A stretch of 64,000 nt of DNA from Candidatus Magasanikbacteria bacterium CG11_big_fil_rev_8_21_14_0_20_39_34 (lineage in GTDB: Bacteria > Patescibacteriota > Patescibacteriia > Magasanikbacterales > UBA922), in assembly GCA_002787355.1 (NCBI GenBank), contig PCWN01000007.1, positions 248,996 through 312,995 on the forward strand. The letters are read 5' to 3'. The translations under genes and the position numbers were made by a program. Of the stretch, positions 41,579 to 48,697 are shown piece by piece; within the stretch, counting starts at the first letter, position 1; the number at the start of each line of letters is the position of its first letter. The notes beneath the pieces were generated by a model. The model saw only the letters and a list, made by a program, of their open reading frames with translations, was not told where the DNA came from and ran no database searches.

Positions 41579-42355
41579 TTATTTTTTCACTATGGTATGG
41601 AGTACAGAGATAATTTTTTTGTTTACTTCTTCTACTTCTTTCTTTGAACGTCTATAATCATGACCAATTTGAGGAAAGAAGATATATTTTTTGGGCTCAT
41701 GGGCAAAAGAGAACAGTTCTTCAATTTCTTCCTTTGGTACAATGACATCTTGCCCGCCGGCCACACAGATAAAGGGCACATGAAGATCCTTGATTACCTC
41801 CATGGCACTGTATTTGTCTCTATCCAAAACATGAGCAAATGGAACAGCAAATTCCCTTGTACCTTCCATATCATTGGGGAGATCCCTTTTGGAAATATGG
41901 ATATGTTCCTGTTCCCACTCTTCACGTTTTTTTCCTACCATAGGACCCGTGGATGGCATGATGGCAAGAACTGCCGAGATGCTTTTCTCTTTTACTGCAA
42001 AAAGAATAGAAACCTGTCCGCCACGACTATGTCCTCCAAGCAATACCTCATTATATTCTCCTCCCTTTTTCATATATTCAAGTACGGTTTGAATATCTAA
42101 AATGTATTGCGTTGTTGTATAATCTTCTATGTTTCCTTCACTTTCCCAAGTTCCGGTTGGATCAAAACGTACCACAGTATATCCATCTATACATAAACTT
42201 TCTGCCAAAGAAACAAGATGAAGATAATCCTTGGAATCCAAAAAACCCGGGCAAAGAATTGCCAACTTCCTCGTATTTTGTTCATTTTGATGAATTGCAA
42301 TACTCAAATCTCCTTTTGGAGAAGGGATCATTTTTTTAAAAATATGCATACGCAT
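41579..42355 (-). CDS. Alpha/beta-hydrolase fold serine hydrolase
   Basis: The nucleophile elbow is GHSRGG (GxSxG) over 258 aa. Confidence 0.7.
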   Translation of the reverse strand: MRMHIFKKMIPSPKGDLSIAIHQNEQNTRKLAILCPGFLDSKDYLHLVSLAESLCIDGYTVVRFDPTGTWESEGNIEDYTTTQYILDIQTVLEYMKKGGEYNEVLLGGHSRGGQVSILFAVKEKSISAVLAIMPSTGPMVGKKREEWEQEHIHISKRDLPNDMEGTREFAVPFAHVLDRDKYSAMEVIKDLHVPFICVAGGQDVIVPKEEIEELFSFAHEPKKYIFFPQIGHDYRRSKKEVEEVNKKIISVLHTIVKK

Positions 42356-42357
42356 CT

Positions 42358-42984
42358 CTATAATGGCAAAAAGAGTTTTTCTAATTCTTTTTGTTCCTTT
42401 TCAAAAAGCTTTGCCTTATATATTTTTTCTACAATTTCCTGTTCAGCAAAATTTTTATTATGAACTACAAGATCTGTAAATTCTTCAAAGGTAACCGGTT
42501 TCAAAGTAATTTTTTCTCCTCCATCCAGCTCGAGTTCTGCAACTTTTTTCAATCCCTTGGCAACAAAGGTGTAGACTACCCAATCTATTTTGGGAGTGGG
42601 GTGTTGTGCATCCCATAAAATAAATTCTTCTGCTTCATAACCACTTTCTTCCAAAAGTTCCCTTTTTGCCGCAGCTAAAATATCTTCTCCGTCATCCACT
42701 CTTCCACCGGTAGCACCTATGTAGGGCTCCTTACCTGGCTGTTCTTGTTCTGTCAGAAGAATACGCCCATCATCCAATACCGGAAAGACCACCACGGTAT
42801 CCGGACGTTTCAATTTTTCAAAAATGGCAGTTGTCCCATCAAAAAGTTTTTGTTCCCACTGATATACATCAAAAATAACACCATCAAATACTTTTTTGGC
42901 ATGATCTGGTATGGGTTGTACTGATTCAGGACGTAAAATATCCATATAAAAATTATTCATTAATAATATACCATTCTCCCTCAC
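42358..42984 (-). CDS. NUDIX hydrolase
   Basis: The Nudix box is GGRVDDGEDILAAAKRELLEESG. Confidence 0.75.
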   Translation of the reverse strand: MRENGILLMNNFYMDILRPESVQPIPDHAKKVFDGVIFDVYQWEQKLFDGTTAIFEKLKRPDTVVVFPVLDDGRILLTEQEQPGKEPYIGATGGRVDDGEDILAAAKRELLEESGYEAEEFILWDAQHPTPKIDWVVYTFVAKGLKKVAELELDGGEKITLKPVTFEEFTDLVVHNKNFAEQEIVEKIYKAKLFEKEQKELEKLFLPL

Positions 42985-43612
42985 TTATGACTTCCATATT
43001 CCCGTCCACTACCTTCAATGCAGACTGGTCATCCAGAACATACATGGTTTCTGTCATACCACTTGTCGCTTGAGCTATATTTTCTTTACGAAGTTTTGGA
43101 AACCAAACACTATTGAGATGAGGCACAACGTAATAATCAACCAAATGCAATCCTGGAATATCTTGCTTTTCATCCAAATCTTCTTCAAATAATTCTTGGG
43201 ACATACGCAGGGCCAAATCTTTTGATACGATAATACTTCCCGCACTCACTCCCACATATACTTTATTTTCAAGCAACTCCGGCAACATCTTGGTCAATCC
43301 GGATTTTTCTATCCATCGCATGAGATGATATGTATTTCCTCCTTCAAAATACAAAACATCTGCATTTTCTAATTTTGTTCTCAAAAGATCCGGTTCAAGA
43401 GCAGAAATGTCTGCAATGTCTATTTCTGCAAAACCACATTGTTGCAAAGAAACCAAATCCTCAATGAGCCATCCCTTATCCCCTACTTCTACATTTGAAG
43501 CGGTTGGGATAAATGCCAACTTTGTCTGTTCGGGTGTTTTGCCTACCAACTCAAATAAGGCTTTTTTGAGAGATTCATTGCGTATTCCCGCAGAAGTAAG
43601 AAGAAGTTTCAT
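42953..43612 (-). CDS. Peptidase S51 (dipeptidase E / cyanophycinase-like) family protein
   Basis: It has the class-I glutamine-amidotransferase-like fold with Ser nucleophile context VGVSAGSII. The N-terminus MKLLLTSAG is typical of PepE. Confidence 0.65.
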   Translation of the reverse strand: MKLLLTSAGIRNESLKKALFELVGKTPEQTKLAFIPTASNVEVGDKGWLIEDLVSLQQCGFAEIDIADISALEPDLLRTKLENADVLYFEGGNTYHLMRWIEKSGLTKMLPELLENKVYVGVSAGSIIVSKDLALRMSQELFEEDLDEKQDIPGLHLVDYYVVPHLNSVWFPKLRKENIAQATSGMTETMYVLDDQSALKVVDGNMEVISEGEWYIINE

Positions 43613-43666
43613 AGATATTGATATTAGGTAATTTTACGTACACAAAAATAGTTAATGTGAGAGAAC

Positions 43667-44293
43667 ATGTTTACCTTCACAGTATACCAAACGCTTGAAT
43701 TCCCAGCAATTATTGGTATACTCAAAGGGAAATGTATTCAATTATTTGCTATGTCAACCATTCGTTTTACAACCAAACTTCTTACTATTGGATCCACTAC
43801 CCTTGTACACCTTCCCCTGAGCGCTAGTAAAAAGCTCCCTTCTCGTGGGATGGTTATGGTGGACGGAAATATCAATGGTTTTGATTTTCAGGCCCCCTTG
43901 GAGCCGGATGGAAAAGAAAGTCACTGGTTTGAGGTAGAGAAGGCTCTACTCAACGGAACAGGAATAAAGCCAGGAGATACACTCACACTTACCATTACTC
44001 CATCCAAGAATTGGCCAGATCCAAAAATACCAAAAGACTTCCAAGAAGTTCTTTTTGCCAATACAGAAGCCAAAAAAACCTGGATGGATACCACTCCCCT
44101 TGCCCGTTGGGACTGGATACGTTGGATACGATCCACCAAACAACCGGAGACAAGAAAGAGACGTATTGAAGTAGCTTGCTCAAAACTTGAATCTGGAAAA
44201 AAAAGACCCTGTTGTTTCAATAGGAATCTTTGCACACAACCATCCGTATCACACAATGGAATCCTTCTTGAGAATACAGAGTCAAAAAAATAA
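43667..44293 (+). CDS. DUF1905 plus YdeI/OmpD-associated (bacteriocin-protection-like) domain protein
   Basis: The DUF1905-like region is MVMVDGNINGFDFQAPLEPDGKESHWFEV, and the C-terminal YdeI-like region is TWMDTTPLARWDWIRWIRSTKQPETRKRRIE. Confidence 0.5.
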   Translation: MFTFTVYQTLEFPAIIGILKGKCIQLFAMSTIRFTTKLLTIGSTTLVHLPLSASKKLPSRGMVMVDGNINGFDFQAPLEPDGKESHWFEVEKALLNGTGIKPGDTLTLTITPSKNWPDPKIPKDFQEVLFANTEAKKTWMDTTPLARWDWIRWIRSTKQPETRKRRIEVACSKLESGKKRPCCFNRNLCTQPSVSHNGILLENTESKK

Positions 44294-44326
44294 TTACACT
44301 CTATTTATTCACTTGAGTAAAAAAAT

Positions 44327-44560
44327 ATGAAACATATTCACTTGAAGCCAAGCTGGACAACCATTATCCTCTTTATGGCAATTATTCTTGCTCCCATCAT
44401 AGACGGCTACCCTGCTTTTGTCTTATTTTTTACGTATATAAAACTTGGTGAATTTTCTGCCCTTTTACTTATCCTTGGTTTTTTTGTATTTGCCTATATG
44501 GTTGCATACATGTTATCAAGAGGAATACTCTACACAAAAAATAGGTTGATGAGAAGATAA
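44327..44560 (+). CDS. Small two-TM membrane protein
   Basis: A 77-aa hydrophobic protein with no known motif. Confidence 0.3.
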   Translation: MKHIHLKPSWTTIILFMAIILAPIIDGYPAFVLFFTYIKLGEFSALLLILGFFVFAYMVAYMLSRGILYTKNRLMRR

Positions 44561-44588
44561 TCAAAAATTTGGATACCCTAAAAATGAT

Positions 44589-44960
44589 TTGTTTATGAAA
44601 ACATTTGTACAGTTTTTACTGAGTCTTCTTACAAGTATACTTCTTGGCATCTTGGGGCTTGGTGTCGGTGCCACTATTGGCGGTAATTTTGGTTTTCCTG
44701 CATTTGGGGGAAATGTTGGATATGAAGCCGGAGGTGTTTTTTTTGCAATTTTGGGAATTTCTTTGGGTAGCTTTTTCTTTTTTACATTACAAAATAAATT
44801 ACAATCAAAACAATTTCAATTCAAAATGCTCCTTGCAACTGCACTTACATTTTTTAAAGGAAACAAACCAAAAGCAAATTTAAAAATATGTTTCCAGTCT
44901 TTACTATTTATATTTCAAATTCTTGATCAACTTCTGCTAGATGTGTTTTTAACTCGTTAA
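44589..44960 (+). CDS. Small Gly-rich membrane protein
   Basis: A 123-aa protein with an N-terminal TM helix and Gly-rich hydrophobic segments (GVGATIGGNFGFPAFGGNVGYEAGG). Confidence 0.3.
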   Translation: MFMKTFVQFLLSLLTSILLGILGLGVGATIGGNFGFPAFGGNVGYEAGGVFFAILGISLGSFFFFTLQNKLQSKQFQFKMLLATALTFFKGNKPKANLKICFQSLLFIFQILDQLLLDVFLTR

Positions 44961-45876
44961 TCCCAGCGTCAAGAGCGTCAATATAAACTTCAAGTTCATA
45001 ATTTTCAAAATTGCCGGTTTGTTGAAATGTTTCAATTTTGCCAAATACATAATCTAATTTTTTGATTACTTCTTCTGTTCCTGGAATCCTCAAAGTTTCT
45101 CCAAATTTACCATAACGATTTTCCAAGCCTCTTTTTATCTTTTTATATAGCTTGTGATAATGATTAAAACTAGGCCACGCTAAAGGGTGACCCCATTGAA
45201 CGCCATAAATAAGATTTATCTGATACAGAGAAGGCTTATTTAACAAATCGGCTAATTTTTCATTTTTGAATTTTGTTTTGTGTTCTTTCTCTTCTTTTTG
45301 AATTTCTTTCATAACCATTTCTAATTCATTTCCGAGATGTTTATCTTGCTGACTGATGATATCCGCAAATTTTATGGTTTTACTTTCTGTTTTTGAGTGC
45401 ATCCACAACCTATATCTGAAACCGTCTTTGCTCAAAGATGAGCGGTCAATGGTACAAGAGGTAATTTCGTCATTTTCATACTTTGATTTATTACCTCTAT
45501 TTTCCTTTTTTACAGGGTGTCCGATGGTTTCATTTCTGACTTGTCTAATTTTAAAAAGTTCGGAATATTTATTGTCTGTACAATTAATTTTTTTGCTTAT
45601 ACCAAATAAAGATATTTTCAAAAAGTTTACAGCGTCTTGCTGGATAAAAAGAGCTTGTAAAAGTCCATAGGTTGCTAAATATGGGTTTTTTATAAATAAA
45701 TCGTTCGAATTTTTTTGGAAATCTTCTATTGCCAAGCAGGTATCTTCCAGCGTATCTAATGCCGCACAAAATTGATTCCAGTCGCCACTCTGTTTTCTGG
45801 AATAAACTTGAGTCTTTTTTATTGTGGAGCTATTAAAAAGCTCCCTGATTTGATGGGTGATTTCTGTAACGAGCAT
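44908..45876 (-). CDS. Hypothetical island protein with a HEPN-like Rx5H motif, a possible abortive-infection-type RNase
   Basis: A 322-aa protein. KIRQVRNETIGHP fits the HEPN Rx(4-6)H signature in a predicted helical N-terminal region. Its codon usage is more AT-rich than neighbouring housekeeping genes. No other recognisable domain was seen. Confidence 0.35.
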   Translation of the reverse strand: MLVTEITHQIRELFNSSTIKKTQVYSRKQSGDWNQFCAALDTLEDTCLAIEDFQKNSNDLFIKNPYLATYGLLQALFIQQDAVNFLKISLFGISKKINCTDNKYSELFKIRQVRNETIGHPVKKENRGNKSKYENDEITSCTIDRSSLSKDGFRYRLWMHSKTESKTIKFADIISQQDKHLGNELEMVMKEIQKEEKEHKTKFKNEKLADLLNKPSLYQINLIYGVQWGHPLAWPSFNHYHKLYKKIKRGLENRYGKFGETLRIPGTEEVIKKLDYVFGKIETFQQTGNFENYELEVYIDALDAGINELKTHLAEVDQEFEI

Positions 45877-45923
45877 ATCTTATAAATAAAAAGGAAAGAA
45901 ATTTTTGGTTTTCTGCCGCCGCT

Positions 45924-46058
45924 TCACTCCTCCAAAAAGGCTAATAAGTATAGTTTAACATTTTTGCAGAGTTTACGCCCGCCTTTTCTCCGTCGTTTGC
46001 GTCGGCGCGAGGCGCGACGGTAACTCGGAAGTCCACTCACGCTTCGCAAGCAAATCAT
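45924..46058 (-). CDS. Tiny (44 codon) arginine/lysine-rich ORF in a GC-rich spacer; it may be a structured non-coding element instead
   Basis: It translates as MICLRSVSGLPSYRRASRRRKRRRKGGRKLCKNVKLYLLAFLEE. The ATG is 9 nt downstream of, and in frame with, the TAA stop of the NDT-like gene. The region is locally GC-rich (CGN codons or a GC hairpin CGTCGGCGCGAGGCGCGACG). It is below the ORF-track size cut-off. Confidence 0.2.
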   Translation of the reverse strand: MICLRSVSGLPSYRRASRRRKRRRKGGRKLCKNVKLYLLAFLEE

Positions 46059-46067
46059 ATTTTGTTC

Positions 46068-46436
46068 TTACATTTGATTCAGAATTTGTTCAATTCCAAA
46101 AATTAATTCTTTATTATTAGAATATTCAACAAAGTTCTTTGAAACTACTTTTAATGAACCTGATACTTTTGAACCTTTTTTGAAAATACATACTATTGGA
46201 ACTCCGTATGTGTCTGCCCAACCTAATTCAATTCCTAAACCAGTAGCTGGTTCAGAAACTTCTGCAATTAATAATTCTGCTTCATTTTTCAAATAGTCTT
46301 TGGAATTGAATGGTTCATCAGAAGTTTCATGAGGTAAAACAAAAGTATGTTCACCATTTAAGGAACTTTGTCTAATTGGTTCATATAATTCTTTTTTGAA
46401 GTCAAAACTTCTTGAATGTGCAACGTAAATCTTCAT
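46068..46436 (-). CDS. Nucleoside 2-deoxyribosyltransferase-like (NDT/SLOG-clade Rossmann-like) small protein
   Basis: A 122-aa protein. The N-terminus KIYVAHSRSFDF and the C-terminal ATGLGIELGWADTYGVPIV match the NDT-family pattern (K-I-Y-x-A... / D-x-G-T-x-x-E-x-G-x-A-x-x-x-G-K/V-P-V) with the catalytic Glu. It is a very AT-rich gene. Confidence 0.5.
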   Translation of the reverse strand: MKIYVAHSRSFDFKKELYEPIRQSSLNGEHTFVLPHETSDEPFNSKDYLKNEAELLIAEVSEPATGLGIELGWADTYGVPIVCIFKKGSKVSGSLKVVSKNFVEYSNNKELIFGIEQILNQM

Positions 46437-46575
46437 AAAGTAAAAAATTGATTGTTTATATATAAATCTGATGGTGCAAAACTTGATTACTCCTAATGTT
46501 CACGTATATCTGATGTTGCAACCGCAGCGAGCACTACCGCCCAAGCAACAGCAGGAGCGAGCCAGATATACGCTA

Positions 46576-47139
46576 TTACGAGTTGTAATTTCTAAAACTA
46601 TTCCTCATTCCAGCTGCATCATTTAATATTTCGTACTTATTCCCCACAATCCGAAAATGTCTAGAAAAATAATACTTCTTAGAAGAACTGTTTAGAGCCC
46701 AATAGATAATTTCTATTTTAGATGTACCTATTATATCTGTGGGTTTGGTGTTTGGTATTCTATAACTCTTTGAGTGATGTTTAAGACTTTGGTCTGGATA
46801 CAAAATCACACTTTCATCATTGGCTGATTTGCTTTTTTCACCATTGAATTCGGACATCCCGATAAATTGAATAGGGACTTTTCCCACGTTCTTCACAGAA
46901 TAAAAAAACTGTATAAAATCTGTCGTCTCACTCAAATTTTTTCCGTCACCGCTTACAATTAATTCAATATCACGCTCTATTGTTACATATGGGGTTGTAA
47001 ATAGTTCAAGTTGCTTCTCCGACACATTTGAAAGGACGTGCGTTTTATATGTATACCAAATCGTAATTATAACAAGAACTATTGTTGAAAGCGCTTGAAC
47101 AGCAGCCACGTTTTCGTTTAAAAATTTAATTAAATACAT
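46576..47139 (-). CDS. Hypothetical N-terminally membrane-anchored protein
   Basis: A 187-aa protein with one N-terminal TM helix (LSTIVLVIITIWYTY) and a beta-rich soluble part. No motif was recognised. Confidence 0.35.
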   Translation of the reverse strand: MYLIKFLNENVAAVQALSTIVLVIITIWYTYKTHVLSNVSEKQLELFTTPYVTIERDIELIVSGDGKNLSETTDFIQFFYSVKNVGKVPIQFIGMSEFNGEKSKSANDESVILYPDQSLKHHSKSYRIPNTKPTDIIGTSKIEIIYWALNSSSKKYYFSRHFRIVGNKYEILNDAAGMRNSFRNYNS

Positions 47140-47253
47140 AGTTTTAGAAATTATTTCAGCTGACGTCTATGAATAGTCGAAGTTTGAAAGTGCTAAAATG
47201 GGAGCCTTAGCGACCCACCACTGCCAAATTTGGGTGAGTGAGCGTTAAAAAAA

Positions 47254-47487
47254 TTATTTCAAAAATTTGTATTCAATAAATAATCCTATTAGTACAGGCA
47301 CAGTGCCAATAACAATAAGCCAAAACGTTTTAGGACGTTTTTCAATAAATTCATGCAGTATGCGACTTTTTATCATTTTTGTTCCTTGCCCATCAATCTT
47401 TGCACCTTGAATATCGCAATCTTCAAATGTGTTATCTTTTGCCTCTTTTCTGACATGAAGGGAGAATTTTTGATTATTTTTGGTCAT
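47254..47487 (-). CDS. Small tail-anchored membrane protein
   Basis: A 77-aa protein with a C-terminal TM helix (TFWLIVIGTVPVLIGLFIEY). Confidence 0.3.
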   Translation of the reverse strand: MTKNNQKFSLHVRKEAKDNTFEDCDIQGAKIDGQGTKMIKSRILHEFIEKRPKTFWLIVIGTVPVLIGLFIEYKFLK

Positions 47488-47548
47488 ATTTTTGAAATAA
47501 TTTTTACCGAGTGAATCGACTATACTGTATTAGCAGATGTAATGCCAC

Positions 47549-48244
47549 TTAGATTTTACTGCTTAGATGCTTAACAATTTTTTGGATTTCTTTTAGAGAC
47601 TTCTGCATAAGCGTCAATGCAGAAATATTGACACTATCAAATTTGAAATCAACCCACAAAATTCTTTTCACCTGAATTGAAGGATTTGGAAATGGCATAT
47701 TTGTTGTTTGGTCTACTTCAGATCCAAAAATTCTTGCTCCCTTTCCGAATTTTGCAAGTTTCGGATTATAAGACAGGCCGCCACCTTGAATGTGGTCAAC
47801 ATCCACACATTCTTGCTCTTCTCTTGTTTGTTCAATGAGGTCAACATGCTTGTTTCCTATGTTTACATCGTTAAATTGCTTCAACCACATTTGTTCTTGC
47901 CCCTGAAATGGCTGAATTGATAACAAGTATGAATAAAGATCGAGATTACCATCTTTAAGTCCGGGGAACCATTTATTTATACACTTTTCGAAACTTGTCA
48001 AATCGGGAAGGATCGGGAAATAAAAAATCTTGCTTCCTTGATTATTTACAACCGAACTTTCACGAATTTCATTTGCTAGATAGTCAAGTACTGAGCGAAT
48101 ATTTTCAAAAAGATTTTTTATTTCCACCTTCAATTCAGGTTTAATTTGCTTCTTATGCAGGGAATTATTGTATTCCTTTGTGATCTCCTCTAATTGTTGA
48201 GCAGCCTTCTTTAACAGTGCTTTTATACTTTTTGCTCTTTTCAT
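47549..48244 (-). CDS. Hypothetical island protein (231 aa)
   Basis: It is the first gene of the minus-strand island gene string and has no recognisable motif. A helical N-terminus is predicted. Confidence 0.35.
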   Translation of the reverse strand: MKRAKSIKALLKKAAQQLEEITKEYNNSLHKKQIKPELKVEIKNLFENIRSVLDYLANEIRESSVVNNQGSKIFYFPILPDLTSFEKCINKWFPGLKDGNLDLYSYLLSIQPFQGQEQMWLKQFNDVNIGNKHVDLIEQTREEQECVDVDHIQGGGLSYNPKLAKFGKGARIFGSEVDQTTNMPFPNPSIQVKRILWVDFKFDSVNISALTLMQKSLKEIQKIVKHLSSKI

Positions 48245-48332
48245 AATTTTTAGTTAAATGGCACCATTTCCGCTAACGTTTCTAAGTATGTAAAATTTTA
48301 CTGAAATAGTCTGGAAAATTGGGCGATGCCCC

Positions 48333-48361
48333 TTGACGAAGCCGATTAATTTTAATACAAT
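48333..48361 (+). promoter_or_regulatory. Near-consensus sigma70-type promoter (TTGACG-17 nt-TACAAT)
   Basis: TTGACG is at 48333-48338 and TACAAT at 48356-48361, with a 17-nt spacer. No protein-coding gene follows on this strand. Confidence 0.5.
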
Positions 48362-48367
48362 GAATGA

Positions 48368-48556
48368 GACCGCCTTACGTGGCGCCTGCTGTGTAACAGC
48401 CGAAAGGTGCGTGTACCAGTAGTTTCAGGCACGAGGAACTTAAAAATGCTGGGACCAGAATAGAACTTGACCTGCTATTTATAGCAGAGATAGTGATTCC
48501 CTAACCATGCGGTTTCTAGGACTGTCTCGAGATCCATTTGAGGCGGTTTTTTTTTG
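48368..48556 (+). ncRNA. Candidate sRNA of about 190 nt (identity unknown; 6S-like architecture is possible)
   Basis: It lies downstream of the promoter above. It is GC-rich relative to the genome. The 5' ACCGCCU pairs with the 3' AGGCGGU as a closing stem, followed immediately by U9. It has internal hairpins such as CUGCUAUUUAUAGCAG. No ORF is present. Confidence 0.4.
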
Positions 48557-48591
48557 CTAAAAACAAATTACTCCGACATTTTCCTAACTAG

Positions 48592-48678
48592 CGGAGAAGG
48601 CGGGATTCGAACCCGCGGTACGGTTTCCCGTACACATCCTTTCCAAGGATGCGCATTCGACCACTCTGCCACCTCTCC
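48592..48678 (-). tRNA. tRNA-Ser (anticodon GGA), class II with a long variable arm; CCA is not encoded
   Basis: It folds by hand into a cloverleaf. The acceptor stem is GGAGAGG/CTTCTCC, the anticodon stem-loop is CATCC-TTGGAAA-GGATG, the variable arm is TACGG-GAAA-CCGTA, and the T-arm is GCGGG-TTCGAAT-CCCGC. Confidence 0.9.
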
Positions 48679-48697
48679 GTAATATATGTTCCTCTTT

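Noticed and set aside
45960-45985. The sequence cgcccgccttttctccg resembles the 3' end of tRNA-Ser (cccgccttctccgc) and could mark an att direct repeat of the island
   Set aside because: It is on the opposite strand relative to the tRNA gene, so it is an inverted rather than direct repeat. It has an indel and is only about 14 nt. It is most likely coincidental.
46059-46070. Programmed stop-codon readthrough linking the NDT-like gene to the Arg-rich mini-ORF, since the ATG lies 9 nt after an in-frame TAA
   Set aside because: TAA is the most efficient stop. There is no known readthrough context. The in-frame arrangement can arise by chance. It is kept only as a note within the spacer finding.
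48368-48556. Identification of the sRNA candidates as RNase P RNA, tmRNA or SRP RNA
   Set aside because: They are too short for rnpB. There is no GGAAAGUCCGG/P4 pairing, no tRNA-like T-loop or tag-peptide ORF for tmRNA, and no GGAA-tetraloop/AGCAGC domain IV motif for SRP RNA. GAAAGGUGCG is only a superficial resemblance to RNase P CR-II.
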